Part shown: positions 9,032 to 19,139 of the stretch, piece after piece
Position numbering within the stretch: position 1 is the stretch's first letter
How the letters are laid out: each line of letters starts with the position of its first letter
NCBI RefSeq assembly: GCF_009905725.1
Contig: NZ_JAAAKV010000003.1
Span: 88,808 to 152,807 of the forward strand
DNA from: Emticicia sp. CRIBPO
GTDB lineage: Bacteria; Bacteroidota; Bacteroidia; Cytophagales; Spirosomataceae
Length of the DNA: 64,000 nt
Direction: 5' to 3'
Translations under genes and position numbers: made by a program
Notes under the pieces: generated by a model
Databases searched by the model: none
What the model saw: only the letters and a program-made list of their open reading frames with translations
What the model was told of the DNA's origin: nothing

Positions 9032-9826
9032 TTAAAATATGGTGTTCAGCACGCCGCCATCTGCCCGCAGGGCTGAGCCGTTGGTGGCAACCGACAGCGG
9101 ACTTGAAAGATATACGGCCAGACTGGCAATTTCAGAAGGCTCAATGAACCTTTGTATCAGCGAAGTGGGGTTCATGGCTTTCACCAGGTCGCTTTTTACT
9201 TCTTCAGTACGCCTGTTTTGTGTGCCGGCCAGGTATTCGACGGCCCCGGCTACTCCTTCGGAATAGGTCGGGCCACCCAGGATGGTATTTACGGTTACTG
9301 CGGTGTCTTTGGTGAGTACGGCCAGTCCCCGGCTTACGGCCAGCATGGCGGTTTTGGTCATGCCGTAGTGGATCATGTTGGCGGGGATGTTGACGGCTGA
9401 TTCGCTGCTGATAAAAACGATTCTGCCCCAATTCCTGGCGAGCATCCCGGGCAGTAATGCCCTGGACAGGCGGACGCCGCTCATGACATTCACTTCAAAG
9501 AACCGCGTCCAGTCTTCGTCCTGAATGTCGGAGAATGCTTTGAGTTCAAAGATGCCCACGTTGTTAATCAGGATATCGGTTTCAGGAAGTCCAGCCAATA
9601 AACGGTCCACTTCCTCTGTTTTGGCAAAATCAGCTGCTATGCCTGACACTTCCGCATCCGGAATCTCCTGTTTTAGTTTTGTGATGGCAGCATCTATCTT
9701 TTCCTGCGTTCTGCCGTTGATGATCACTCTGGCTCCTTCAAGGAGCAATTGCCTGGCAATGGCAAAGCCGATGCCCTGGGTAGAGCCGCTGATAAAAGCG
9801 GTTTTAGATTTCAATTGTAAGTCCAT
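9032..9826 (-). CDS. SDR-family oxidoreductase
   Basis: N-terminal TGxxxGIG Rossmann motif (ISGSTQGIGFAIA) and a YxxxK region. Confidence 0.85.
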   Translation of the reverse strand: MDLQLKSKTAFISGSTQGIGFAIARQLLLEGARVIINGRTQEKIDAAITKLKQEIPDAEVSGIAADFAKTEEVDRLLAGLPETDILINNVGIFELKAFSDIQDEDWTRFFEVNVMSGVRLSRALLPGMLARNWGRIVFISSESAVNIPANMIHYGMTKTAMLAVSRGLAVLTKDTAVTVNTILGGPTYSEGVAGAVEYLAGTQNRRTEEVKSDLVKAMNPTSLIQRFIEPSEIASLAVYLSSPLSVATNGSALRADGGVLNTIF

Positions 9827-9846
9827 TGATGCTTGTTTTTTATTTT

Positions 9847-9862
9847 TGTGTTGATCAATACA
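9847..9862. promoter_or_regulatory. Palindrome TGTGTTGATCAATACA, candidate TetR operator
   Basis: Perfect TTGATCAA core flanked by TGT/ACA. A related copy lies at 10470-10485. Confidence 0.35.
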
Positions 9863-9879
9863 AAAATGATCAAAAAAAA

Positions 9880-10461
9880 TCAGCTGATGATTTCCAGCTG
9901 CATTTCAATCTGACGGGCGAGCTGTTCGTGGTCAGGATACATGCGTCGGGTCACGTTCAGGCCATTCCAGAGGGTGATCAGGTAACGACCGAGGATAACC
10001 GGATCGGTCTGATTTTTCAGTGTACCGTTTTTCTGTGCCTTTTCGATGGTCCTGGTATAAAACTGCTCCACTTCCTTTAAAATAGCGACGGCCTCGCTTT
10101 CCAGTTCCGGGTCGATGCCGGTCATTTCCGTGACGGTATTGGCAATGATGCAACCCCGCAAGTGGGTGGCATCGTCGGCCGCGGCTATACTCCTGAAGAA
10201 ATCTTTGATGAGTGCTATGGGAGAATCGCTTTGCTCTGCTTCCCTTTCAAATTGCTTCAAGGCCTCCCGGCGTTGCTGAAGGGCTTTTCTGAACAATTCC
10301 TTTTTGCCACCTTTGAAAGCATTGTAAAAACTGCCGCTGCCCATGCCCATGGCCTGCAGGATGTCTTCCAGTGAAGTGGCGGTATAGCCCTTGGTCCAGA
10401 AGACCTGCTGGGCTTTTTCTAATACTGCCTGGTTGTCATAGGTACTTGGTCTGCCTCTCAT
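9880..10461 (-). CDS. TetR/AcrR-family transcriptional regulator
   Basis: N-terminal HTH (TSLEDILQAMGMGSGSFYNAFKGGKKELF). Confidence 0.85.
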   Translation of the reverse strand: MRGRPSTYDNQAVLEKAQQVFWTKGYTATSLEDILQAMGMGSGSFYNAFKGGKKELFRKALQQRREALKQFEREAEQSDSPIALIKDFFRSIAAADDATHLRGCIIANTVTEMTGIDPELESEAVAILKEVEQFYTRTIEKAQKNGTLKNQTDPVILGRYLITLWNGLNVTRRMYPDHEQLARQIEMQLEIIS

Positions 10462-10469
10462 TTTAATTT

Positions 10470-10485
10470 TGTATTGATCAGTACA
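10470..10485. promoter_or_regulatory. Palindrome TGTATTGATCAGTACA upstream of the TetR gene, candidate autoregulatory operator
   Basis: Dyad symmetry read directly from the sequence. Homologous to the 9847-9862 site. Confidence 0.35.
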
Positions 10486-10603
10486 AAATTAGAGAGTATT
10501 TTCGGAACCGGCAAATGTCCGGGAGATTTAGTGAAATTATTTTTGGATAGTTTTTATATAAATGGTTAATTGTGACCGGGTTTATCTGATAATAACCTGA
10601 CTT

Positions 10604-11305
10604 ATGAAAAACTTTGATATTCCTTTTTCAGGCACTGCCTTCCCGATGATCTATGTGGAGGGAGCATCTTACCTGTTTGGCACTGAAGGGCATAAGCTGG
10701 AGGTCAGAACGAATGATTTCTTTATTTCCAGATACCCGGTGACCCAGGTCTTTTGGGCATATATCATGGTCGAAAATCCTGCTTTTTTCAAAGGAGAAAA
10801 CAAGCCGCTGGAACATGTCACTTATTTTGATGCCCTTGATTTCCTGGAGGCTTTGAACGCTCATGAGGACCTGCAAGCTCAATTTCCTGTCCGGCATAGA
10901 TTCCGTCTGCCCTCAGAAACCGAATGGGAATATGCAGCCAGGGGCGGGATCTACTGGAAAGATAATTTCATGTTCAGCGGAAGCAACGAAGTGTCGGAAG
11001 TGGCCTGGCAGGATGACAGGCGAAAAGGAACGGAAACCTGCCCGGTGGGAGAGAAAAAAGCGAATCAACTGGGTATCCATGACATGTGCGGGAATGTATG
11101 GGAATGGTGCGAAGATTATTACCAGGCTGATCTCAGTAAAATACCGCGGGACGGTACGCCCTGCCTGTTGGAAAGCGAAAGCCGGGTACTTCGCGGAGGC
11201 TGCCATCACAATTGGGCGGTTCATTGCACCGTTGATAAAAGATACGAGATTGTTCCGGATGCTAAAGATGAGTGCATCGGATTCAGGATTGCGGTGACTG
11301 CCTGA
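10604..11305 (+). CDS. Formylglycine-generating enzyme (FGE-sulfatase/SUMF1) domain protein
   Basis: PSETEWEYAARGG, HDMCGNVWEWCEDYY and RVLRGGC are motifs characteristic of FGE/EgtB/PvdO family proteins. Confidence 0.8.
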   Translation: MKNFDIPFSGTAFPMIYVEGASYLFGTEGHKLEVRTNDFFISRYPVTQVFWAYIMVENPAFFKGENKPLEHVTYFDALDFLEALNAHEDLQAQFPVRHRFRLPSETEWEYAARGGIYWKDNFMFSGSNEVSEVAWQDDRRKGTETCPVGEKKANQLGIHDMCGNVWEWCEDYYQADLSKIPRDGTPCLLESESRVLRGGCHHNWAVHCTVDKRYEIVPDAKDECIGFRIAVTA

Positions 11306-11354
11306 TACCTGAACGGAACGAATAATAAAAAAACAGAACTTATCCGGAATAAAA

Positions 11355-12236
11355 ATGAAAAAAACAACTTGCTATTATCTCTTTTACCTGCTGCTGTTCT
11401 CTTCAGCAGTCTGGGCCCAAAACAAAGACAATGCTGAATTGCAGAAAATGTATGACGAAGACCAGGGGGCCAGGAAGGTACCCGATATCAACTGGTCTGT
11501 CCTGATAAAACAAGATAGCATCAGGCAGGCCAGGGTGCTTGAAATGATCAGAGATGGTAAGATTGTGACAGGGAAGGATTACTATAACTCGGCTATGATT
11601 TTTCAGCATGGCAATGATACGCTGGCGTCAGGAATGGCCGTAAAACAAATGAAAAAAGCCATTGAACTTGATCCGACGGTGAATAGGTGGCTGCTTGCAG
11701 CGGCCATTGACCGGGATCTGATGAGGAGGGACCTGCCCCAGATTTACGGTACGCAATTCATAAAAACGAGGCAGGACGCCAAATGGGAGTTGTATAAAAT
11801 GGATTCTACCCGGATAACCGACGAAGAACGGAAGTATTACCGCACCGGCACATTGGCTGAGCAAAGGGAAAGAGTCAGAACGATGAACCTCGTCAGGCTC
11901 TGGGATAAGTACACCAAAACCAATTCGGCAGACGAAATCATTGCCCTGATCAAAACTGAATTCCCGAAAGGAAAGCAATCGGAATATGATGTGAGTGAAA
12001 GCGGGATCAATAGCTTTGGTTACGCCCTGATAGCTGCCAAAAAAGAGGAGGAAGCCTTGAAAATACTGAAGTTGAATACGGAGCTTTATCCGGAAGCTTA
12101 CAATACTTTTGACAGCTATGGCGAATGCCTGATGAAACTTGGCCGGAAAGAAGAAGGACTGAAAGCCTACCGGAAATCACTGGAGCTGAATCCTGGAAAT
12201 GAAGGGGCGAAGAGGGTGCTGGAAACCAACAAGTGA
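11355..12236 (+). CDS. Secreted protein with C-terminal TPR-like module
   Basis: Signal peptide. The C-terminal ~60 aa (ALKILKLNTELYPEAYNTFDSYGECLMKLGRKEEGLKAYRKSLELNP) is TPR-like and is shared with the gene at 23029-24483. Confidence 0.55.
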   Translation: MKKTTCYYLFYLLLFSSAVWAQNKDNAELQKMYDEDQGARKVPDINWSVLIKQDSIRQARVLEMIRDGKIVTGKDYYNSAMIFQHGNDTLASGMAVKQMKKAIELDPTVNRWLLAAAIDRDLMRRDLPQIYGTQFIKTRQDAKWELYKMDSTRITDEERKYYRTGTLAEQRERVRTMNLVRLWDKYTKTNSADEIIALIKTEFPKGKQSEYDVSESGINSFGYALIAAKKEEEALKILKLNTELYPEAYNTFDSYGECLMKLGRKEEGLKAYRKSLELNPGNEGAKRVLETNK

Positions 12237-12539
12237 TTTTTTATTCAACGTAAATCCGGGAGTGGAATCAAAATGGTCTGTTCTGGCATAGATTCCTCTT
12301 GAAGGGTTTTACTCATCCCTTGCCGATGTTGAAGCAATACAGGGGCGAAAAGACGGGACCATTCAGAACGGATTCCGTTTGTTTCTTACCCAAAGGGTCG
12401 GATAAATTTCTGAATGATAAGGCATAATCTCCGGAAAATACGGCTATATCTGCACTTTTCGAGTGTTAATCGTTATATTCATGGTTTTGAAATCAATATG
12501 CTTTACATTGGGCAGGATAATCTAAACGTATATCAACAA

Positions 12540-14078
12540 ATGAGAAAATTTGTATCTGTATTTCTTTTAACGGTCGCCGCCCATGGGGCCATGGCACAGA
12601 CTGAAAAAGTTGACCTGGAAATAGTCAAAAAAATCCGCCAGGAAGGACTTCAAAATTCAAAGGTAATGGACATTGCTTTTAACCTGACTGACGCCAACGG
12701 ACCCCGTCTGCAGGGCTCGCCGGGATTTATGAAAGCGGCCAATTATTCCAAAAACAAACTGAACGAGTGGGGGCTGAAAAGTGCCAGGCTGGAGTCATGG
12801 GGTGACTTTGGTAAAGGCTGGGAGCTTGAAAAAAGCTATGTGGCCATGACTGCACCTTACTACAGACCACTGATTGCTCTGCCTAAAGTATGGACAGCCG
12901 GGATCCCGGGTGGACTGACAAAGGCTGACATTTTGCTGGTTGACGAAACAGATACCACAGCCCTTGAACAATACAAAGGTAAAATGAAAGGCAAAGTCAT
13001 TCTGTTGTACAGAAACGATAAGATACAGCCTTCTTTTAAACCGGATGCGACCCGTTATACTGACGAAGAACTGGAGAAAATGGTGGCTGCCACGGCTGCT
13101 CCGGCCAATGCCCCGACAGATACTTCGTTCAGAACGATGATTGCCCAGATGAGAAGAACCACTTACCTGTCAAACAAAACCAAGGAAATGGCCAGAAAAG
13201 ATGGGGCTGTAGCCTTTCTGAGCATGAACCCGATCGGTAAAGACGGTACACTGTTTGTAACCGGCGGAGGCTCTTACAAAGCGGGCGATCCTGAAAATAT
13301 GCTGGACCTGACCCTGGCAGCTGAAGACTACCTGAGCCTTTGCCGTCTGGCTAAAGCGGGTATCCCGGTTAAACTGGAACTGGATGTGAAGACTAAGTTT
13401 TACTCAGATGACCTGAAAGGATATAATGTATTGGGAGAAATCGAAGGGACGGATCCTAAACTTAAAGAAGAAGTGGTGATGCTGGGTGCCCACCTGGACT
13501 CATGGCACACCGGTACAGGGGCGACCGATAACGCGGCCGGTTCGGCGGTGATGATGGAAGCGGTAAGAATTCTGAAAGCTTTGAACATCAAACCGAGAAG
13601 AACCATCCGTATTGCCCTCTGGAGTGCTGAAGAACAAGGTCTGCACGGATCAAGAAACTATGTGAAAAATCACCTGACGGATGCTGCTACCCAGAAAAGC
13701 AATGCTGAAGGAGAAAAAGTATCGGCCTATTTCAACGTAGATAACGGAACCGGTAAAATCAGGGGTATTTATCTGCAAGGTAATGAAGAATGCCGCCCGA
13801 TCTTCAGCAAATGGCTGGAGCCGTTTGAAGACCTGGGAGCAAAAAGCGTTACCATCAGAAATACAGGAGGTACTGATCACCAGTCGTTTACGAGGGTTGG
13901 TATTCCGGGCTTCCAGTTTATCCAGGATCCGATCGAGTACAGCACCCGTACGCACCATACCAATATGGATACTTATGATCACCTGCAGCCGGAAGACCTG
14001 AAACAAGCAGCTACCATTGTGGCTTCATTTGTTTATAACGCGGCTATGCGTGATGAGAAGCTGCCTAGGGCGAAGTAA
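12540..14078 (+). CDS. M28-family zinc aminopeptidase with PA domain
   Basis: Signal peptide from the internal ATG at 12540. M28 metal-ligand motifs HLDSWHTGTGATDNAAG and EEQGLHGS. Confidence 0.8.
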   Translation: MRKFVSVFLLTVAAHGAMAQTEKVDLEIVKKIRQEGLQNSKVMDIAFNLTDANGPRLQGSPGFMKAANYSKNKLNEWGLKSARLESWGDFGKGWELEKSYVAMTAPYYRPLIALPKVWTAGIPGGLTKADILLVDETDTTALEQYKGKMKGKVILLYRNDKIQPSFKPDATRYTDEELEKMVAATAAPANAPTDTSFRTMIAQMRRTTYLSNKTKEMARKDGAVAFLSMNPIGKDGTLFVTGGGSYKAGDPENMLDLTLAAEDYLSLCRLAKAGIPVKLELDVKTKFYSDDLKGYNVLGEIEGTDPKLKEEVVMLGAHLDSWHTGTGATDNAAGSAVMMEAVRILKALNIKPRRTIRIALWSAEEQGLHGSRNYVKNHLTDAATQKSNAEGEKVSAYFNVDNGTGKIRGIYLQGNEECRPIFSKWLEPFEDLGAKSVTIRNTGGTDHQSFTRVGIPGFQFIQDPIEYSTRTHHTNMDTYDHLQPEDLKQAATIVASFVYNAAMRDEKLPRAK

Positions 14079-14172
14079 GAAAAAAGGAAATAAGGAGAAC
14101 GGAAAAAGCTCCCGGTGTGACCGACAAGTTGCATAGGGAGCGATGATCCGGGATCCTGAATCATATCAAACG

Positions 14173-14208
14173 GAGAGGCTGTCTGCAAAGATGGCCTCTC
14201 TTTTTTTT
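14173..14208 (+). terminator. Rho-independent terminator
   Basis: gagaggc-N14-gcctctc followed by T8. Confidence 0.6.
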
Positions 14209-14364
14209 GTTATCAGGTATTTTCGTATTGAGTTGGAAGGTTGTGTTTCAGCAGGGGTTTCTACGGGTTTAGTTAAGGGTTTTAACGTAAATAGGTGCCT
14301 TTTTGTACGGTTATGATAAAAAATATTCTTATTTTTCGGATAATAAATAAACAACTATATAGCC

Positions 14365-14769
14365 ATGAAACAAATGAAATTCATTCTTGGCCTGCTTCTG
14401 GCGGGTTCTATCGGGTTCTCCTGTTCAGACAAAGACGATCCGAAACCTTCGCTGACAGGCTTCTGGAAAGGAAAGTATGGTAGTGCGTCTTCTTATCCTA
14501 ACAGTGAGTATGCATTCTTATTCCGCGGTGACGGCACCGTGCGGGTATTTACAAGTATTGATACCACCAAAGCCGGAACCTTTAAAGCCGAAGGAACCTA
14601 TGCCATCCTGGGGAGTACCATTACCACGAACTACAAGTACATCAGTCCGGGCACAGGAACAAACTCAACTTCAGCAGTGGTAACATCCGGTCTTACCTTT
14701 ATGGAAGGTACCTGGGGGTCTGGTACGAACACTACCAACGGCGGGAAGTTCTTCCTTTACAAAGAGTAA
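14365..14769 (+). CDS. Hypothetical lipoprotein
   Basis: Signal peptide with lipobox (LLAGSIGFSC). Gly/Thr-rich beta-type sequence. Confidence 0.5.
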   Translation: MKQMKFILGLLLAGSIGFSCSDKDDPKPSLTGFWKGKYGSASSYPNSEYAFLFRGDGTVRVFTSIDTTKAGTFKAEGTYAILGSTITTNYKYISPGTGTNSTSAVVTSGLTFMEGTWGSGTNTTNGGKFFLYKE

Positions 14770-14796
14770 TTCTTTATGAGTGAAAAAAAACAGAAA

Positions 14797-14836
14797 AGGC
14801 TTACATCATAAATCGTTGATGTAAGCCTTTTTTTAT
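14797..14836 (+). terminator. Rho-independent terminator
   Basis: aaggcttacatca-N8-tgatgtaagcctt followed by a T-run. Confidence 0.6.
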
Positions 14837-15329
14837 CTGACCGTGCTTTTTTGCCAGGAATTGTAAATTTGCTTTTGTTTTTTACCGCTGGTCTTGCTTT
14901 TCGAGATGCTGAATGTCTTTTCACGGATACTGCCCGTCGTTATCACCACCTGCCTGCTTTGCTCGCTTTGTTTAATTTCAAAAGTAAACTTATCACCTGG
15001 CTTTTTTTCAAGAATACGATTATTCAGTACTTCGATGCCGGGCTGTCGCCTGTTTTCAGTAATTCAGGACTTGGAACACTACTATTTCTTATAATCCACC
15101 TCAGTAAAGAGGCCGTGATACCCGGGTAGGAGAGTGGATTACGGCTGGCTGGTCTCATCAATTTTTCGAAAAACGAAAGATGGCGTTTCGTCACACCTTC
15201 CGTCATCACGGCAGGCCTCCTTTACCAGACAAAAAATGAAAAGACCTGCCGTCTGACAAAAAGCAACGGGCTATTAAAACCGCAGCCCGGTTTATGTATC
15301 TGTGGCTGCCGGATCTTCCGCAGAACGAC

Positions 15330-15743
15330 TTAAATGTGTTTTTTCAACGACGCTGAAATATTCTTGATAAAACTTTCTTTGTCTTTTTTTACTTCTTTTA
15401 AAAATTTTTTATGCTGATCTGATATAGCGAAATTCTTCTCCCCCCACAGATATATTTCTATAAGTACAGGCAAGAGATCTATTCCTTTCGCTGTGAGTTT
15501 GTAAAGAACTTTTGCTTTACTTTCCGGGTGCACGATTTTACTGATGACACCTGTTTGCTCAAGTGTTTCCAGTCTTGAAGCCAGAATATTCGTGGCTATT
15601 TTTTCCTCTGATTTTAAAAAATCGCCATAAGTACACTGTTTGGCGTACATCAGGTCCCTGATGATCAGTAAGGACCATTTGTCTCCCCAAATGTCAAGCG
15701 AACTGCTGACGGGGCATCCTGACCTTTTTTTGATTGATCCCAT
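15330..15743 (-). CDS. HxlR-family transcriptional regulator
   Basis: CPVSSSLDIWGDKWSLLIIRDL...ILASRLETLEQTGVI. Confidence 0.8.
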   Translation of the reverse strand: MGSIKKRSGCPVSSSLDIWGDKWSLLIIRDLMYAKQCTYGDFLKSEEKIATNILASRLETLEQTGVISKIVHPESKAKVLYKLTAKGIDLLPVLIEIYLWGEKNFAISDQHKKFLKEVKKDKESFIKNISASLKKHI

Positions 15744-15757
15744 AAAAAAATTACAAA

Positions 15758-15811
15758 TTCACTTGCATTTTAAAAGTGAATAGTTTTACATTTGTGCTTG
15801 CAAAATGCAAG
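15758..15811. promoter_or_regulatory. Two dyads (TTCACTT-N9-AAGTGAA and CTTGCA-N3-TGCAAG) in the HxlR/crotonase divergent region. Candidate operators.
   Basis: Read directly from the sequence. Confidence 0.3.
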
Positions 15812-15838
15812 TGCAAATATACATTAAATAATTAAGTT

Positions 15839-16642
15839 ATGATTTTTACTACAGAAAAAATTAGCTCAGGGTACTGGAAAGTAAGTTTCAATAATCCCCC
15901 CATTAACATGTTTGACACCGGGTTTTCAAAAGAGCTGATGGTGCTGATGGATGAGATGGAGGCCAGTGAAGACCTGAAAGTGGTAGTATTTGAAAGTGCC
16001 GACCCCGACTTTTTTGTTGCTCATGTTGAATTACTGAATGTAAACGACTTTCCGAAAGGAACAGGCAAAACCGGGCTTCCGGCAGCATGGCCTGACATTG
16101 CGAAGCGTCTGGAACAGGCCCCGTTTGTCAGTATTGCTTCCATCAGAGGCAGGGCCAGAGGCCTGGGAAGTGAATTTGCACAGGCCTTTGACATTCGTTT
16201 TGCCAGCAAGGAAAAGGCTGTTTTTGCACAGGTAGAGATCGGCATCGGCTCTTTTCCGGGTGGCGGCGGACTGGAACGTTTGCATTTACTGACCGGGAAG
16301 GCCAGGGCACTTGAAATCATTCTGAGTGGCGACGATTATGATGCTGAGACCGCCGCATTTTACGGCTGGGTGAACCGGGCTATCCCTGACCAGGAACTCG
16401 ATGCCTTCGTTGACAATTTGGCACGGCGTATTGACGGATTTGATAAAAAAGCCATTGCTGCGATCAAAGAAATAATGAACGAGCGGGCCGTGAACCCGAC
16501 AAATGAACAGATACTGGATACACAAGTGAAGTTTTTTGCTTCCCTGCAATCACCTGAGGCAGCCGGCCGCATCAGAAAACTCTTTCAGAGCGGTCTGCAA
16601 CAACGTGGAGATCTGGAACTTAATCTTGGCAAACGAATCTGA
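15839..16642 (+). CDS. Enoyl-CoA hydratase/isomerase (crotonase) family protein
   Basis: Crotonase-fold signature: VVVFESADPDFFVAHVEL and an oxyanion-hole region. Confidence 0.7.
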   Translation: MIFTTEKISSGYWKVSFNNPPINMFDTGFSKELMVLMDEMEASEDLKVVVFESADPDFFVAHVELLNVNDFPKGTGKTGLPAAWPDIAKRLEQAPFVSIASIRGRARGLGSEFAQAFDIRFASKEKAVFAQVEIGIGSFPGGGGLERLHLLTGKARALEIILSGDDYDAETAAFYGWVNRAIPDQELDAFVDNLARRIDGFDKKAIAAIKEIMNERAVNPTNEQILDTQVKFFASLQSPEAAGRIRKLFQSGLQQRGDLELNLGKRI

Positions 16643-16651
16643 AGTGATACT

Positions 16652-17650
16652 ATGAAAGCTTATGTATTGAAAAAGTACGGTGAAAAAGAAGAGTTGCAGC
16701 AACTTGAAATGCCGGAACCTGCCCTGAAAGAAAATGAGGTTCTGGTCCGGATTCATGCAGCTGGCGTCAATCAGCTGGATCTGAAGTTAAAAAACGGTGC
16801 CTTTAAAATGATCATGCCCTACAGATTGCCGTTGATTCTGGGACATGATGTGGCCGGAGTTGTAACAAAAACGGCCGCAGGGTCCACGCTTTTTAAGGTG
16901 GGTGATGAAGTTTTCGGACGTGTAGCAGATTTTAAGATCGGAACATTTGCAGAGTATATTGCCGTGAATGAGCATGATCTGGCATTGAAACCCGGAAATA
17001 TCTCATTTGAGGAGGCTGCGTCTGTTCCCTTGGTTGCCTTAACGGCATGGCAGGCATTTGAAAAAGCAAAACTTCAAAAAGGGCAAAAGGTATTTATCCA
17101 GGCCGGTTCCGGTGGTGTCGGCACATTGGCCATCCAACTGGCGAAACATCTCGGAGCAACAGTGGCTACCACCACAAGTGCGGCGAATTTTGACCTGGTG
17201 AAAAAACTTGGTGCCGATATCCTGATTGATTATAAAACTTCAGATTTTGAGGACACTTTGAGCGATTATGATTTGGTGTTAAACAGTCAGGATACGCCAA
17301 CCCTTCTGAAGTCTTTAAGGACTTTAAAAAAAGGTGGAAAAGTTGTTTCCATTTCCGGCCCGCCTGATTTGGCGTTTGCAAAGGACGCCGGGTTAAACTG
17401 GTTGATGCAGACCGTTATCTCGTTGCTGGGAAGGAAAGTATTAAAACAAGCAACAAAGCTGGAAGTTGACTATTCTTTTCTCTTTATGAAGGCCAGCGGC
17501 AGGCAGCTGGCCGAAATCGGTAAACTGATCCAAGCCGGAGTTATTCAGCCGGTAGTTGACAAAGTTTTTCCTTTCAGCCAGGTTAACGAGGCCATGTCTT
17601 ATGTTAACAGTGGCCGGGTAAGAGGAAAAGTAGTAGTAAAAATCAGATGA
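16652..17650 (+). CDS. Zinc-binding alcohol dehydrogenase / NADPH:quinone oxidoreductase (MDR family)
   Basis: MKAYVLKKYG...VLVRIHAAGVNQLD and the GSGGVGTLAIQLAK Rossmann motif. Confidence 0.8.
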   Translation: MKAYVLKKYGEKEELQQLEMPEPALKENEVLVRIHAAGVNQLDLKLKNGAFKMIMPYRLPLILGHDVAGVVTKTAAGSTLFKVGDEVFGRVADFKIGTFAEYIAVNEHDLALKPGNISFEEAASVPLVALTAWQAFEKAKLQKGQKVFIQAGSGGVGTLAIQLAKHLGATVATTTSAANFDLVKKLGADILIDYKTSDFEDTLSDYDLVLNSQDTPTLLKSLRTLKKGGKVVSISGPPDLAFAKDAGLNWLMQTVISLLGRKVLKQATKLEVDYSFLFMKASGRQLAEIGKLIQAGVIQPVVDKVFPFSQVNEAMSYVNSGRVRGKVVVKIR

Positions 17651-17847
17651 TGTTCTAATTGAACAGAGAGTGCTTATGATATGGTTAGCAAACTCAGTTT
17701 AAGTGTTTGCTTTGCCCCGATTCTACCGGAGCGAAGTGAACACTTTTTAATTTATGACGTAGTTATTTCAGGACAGCAGATTTCTGTGAAGTCTGAATGT
17801 ACGGCATTGTGGTCTGCAGGTTTGGTTGAGAATGGTCAGTTCCGTAC

Positions 17848-18756
17848 TCAACCAAACGCCTGCCTGAACTCGAGCGGACTTTGGCGGGTCTTGGCTTTGA
17901 ACAGTTTGCTGAAAGACTGTGAATGTTCGAAACCCAGGGTGTAGGCAATTTCGCTCACTGTGAGTTCGGTGGTCGACAGTTTTTCTTTGGCTTTGCTGAT
18001 CAGTTTTTCATGAATGACCTGCTGGGTGGTTTGGCCGGTAAGTTGTTTCAGCAGGCTGCTCAGGTATTTGACCGAAACATTGAGCTGATCTGCCGCATAA
18101 TGAACGGTCGGCAGGCCTTCCGATAGCAGGTCCTCATTGCTGAAATAGTCGTCGAGCACTTCTTCCAGCCGTTCCAGTAACCTGCTGCTGCTGATCTTCC
18201 GGGTGATGAACTGGCGTTCGTAAAACCTCGTGGCATAGGTAAGCAACAGCTCGAGCTGGGCGATAATGACCTCCTGGCTGAATTTGTCCATATTGCCGCT
18301 GTATTCGTTCAGGATATTGTCTTTGATGCCGTTAACTAAGCCTTCTTCCTTATCAGAAAGAAACAGAGCCTCGTTGGCAGCATAGCTGAAAAAATTGTAG
18401 GTCCTGATCTTTCTGGCAAGCTGGGTGTTCCATAGAAAGTCCGGGTGAATGAACAGCATCCAACCTTCCAGTCTGGCAGGAACGCCGCCTTCTTCCCCGC
18501 GTAAAACCTGTCCCGGAGCCATAAAGGCCATCAGCCCCTCGTCAAAATCGTATTTCTGCTGTCCGTAAAACAGCTTATCACAACCCCTCTTGAGCGAGAT
18601 CACATAGAAATCGAGCAGGACGGCCTGAATTTCTGTGTCATTTCGGAGACCGCTGACATCAATAAGGGTGATCAGCGGATGGTTGGGTTTAGGCATGCCC
18701 ATCAGCCGGTGTATTTCACTGATGGATTTTAAACGGTAAGGTTTTGCGGTCGCCAT
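17848..18756 (-). CDS. AraC-family transcriptional regulator
   Basis: C-terminal double HTH (VSEIAYTLGFEHSQSFSKLFKAKTRQSPLEFRQ). Confidence 0.85.
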   Translation of the reverse strand: MATAKPYRLKSISEIHRLMGMPKPNHPLITLIDVSGLRNDTEIQAVLLDFYVISLKRGCDKLFYGQQKYDFDEGLMAFMAPGQVLRGEEGGVPARLEGWMLFIHPDFLWNTQLARKIRTYNFFSYAANEALFLSDKEEGLVNGIKDNILNEYSGNMDKFSQEVIIAQLELLLTYATRFYERQFITRKISSSRLLERLEEVLDDYFSNEDLLSEGLPTVHYAADQLNVSVKYLSSLLKQLTGQTTQQVIHEKLISKAKEKLSTTELTVSEIAYTLGFEHSQSFSKLFKAKTRQSPLEFRQAFG

Positions 18757-18765
18757 TTACTTTAT

Positions 18766-19110
18766 TCAGAATTTAAACGGATACTTTAACCAGATCAGCA
18801 GCAGTGGCATAGCCAGGAAAGGAATTTCCATCAGGGCCATTTTTACATTGCCGCTGTGCAGCGACAAGGCCATAATCAGCACGATCGTGAGGGCATTGAG
18901 AAGGTTGCCCAGGAAAAAGGTCTGGGGAAACAGCAGCAGCAGCCCCGTCAGGATAGAAATGGCTCCCACATAAGGCATGGCACTTTTCCCTATGCCCAGG
19001 TCTGCCATCATTTTGGTTTGTTCGGCATTGGCAGGCTGAAAGGCATCCCAGCCGTGTTTGAGGCTGAGAAAAGCGGAGACAGCCAGGAGAAGGATACTAA
19101 GGATCTTCAT
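18766..19110 (-). CDS. DoxX-like small membrane protein
   Basis: 114 aa with 4 TM helices, in an apparent operon with the SDR and AraC genes. Confidence 0.55.
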   Translation of the reverse strand: MKILSILLLAVSAFLSLKHGWDAFQPANAEQTKMMADLGIGKSAMPYVGAISILTGLLLLFPQTFFLGNLLNALTIVLIMALSLHSGNVKMALMEIPFLAMPLLLIWLKYPFKF

Positions 19111-19139
19111 GATTGTTTTTATTGAAAGTTACAAAAAAA

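Noticed and set aside
14857-15066. Protein-like reading frame on the minus strand (…ENRRQPGIEVLNNRILEKKPGDKFTFEIKQSEQSRQVVITTGSIREKTFSISKSK…)
   Set aside because: The frame is bounded by a stop with no ATG, GTG or TTG start, so no complete gene exists. It may be a pseudogene remnant, and it is not reported as a CDS. The listed ORFs 14851-15129 (+) and 15024-15209 (-) in the same gap have no recognisable features either.
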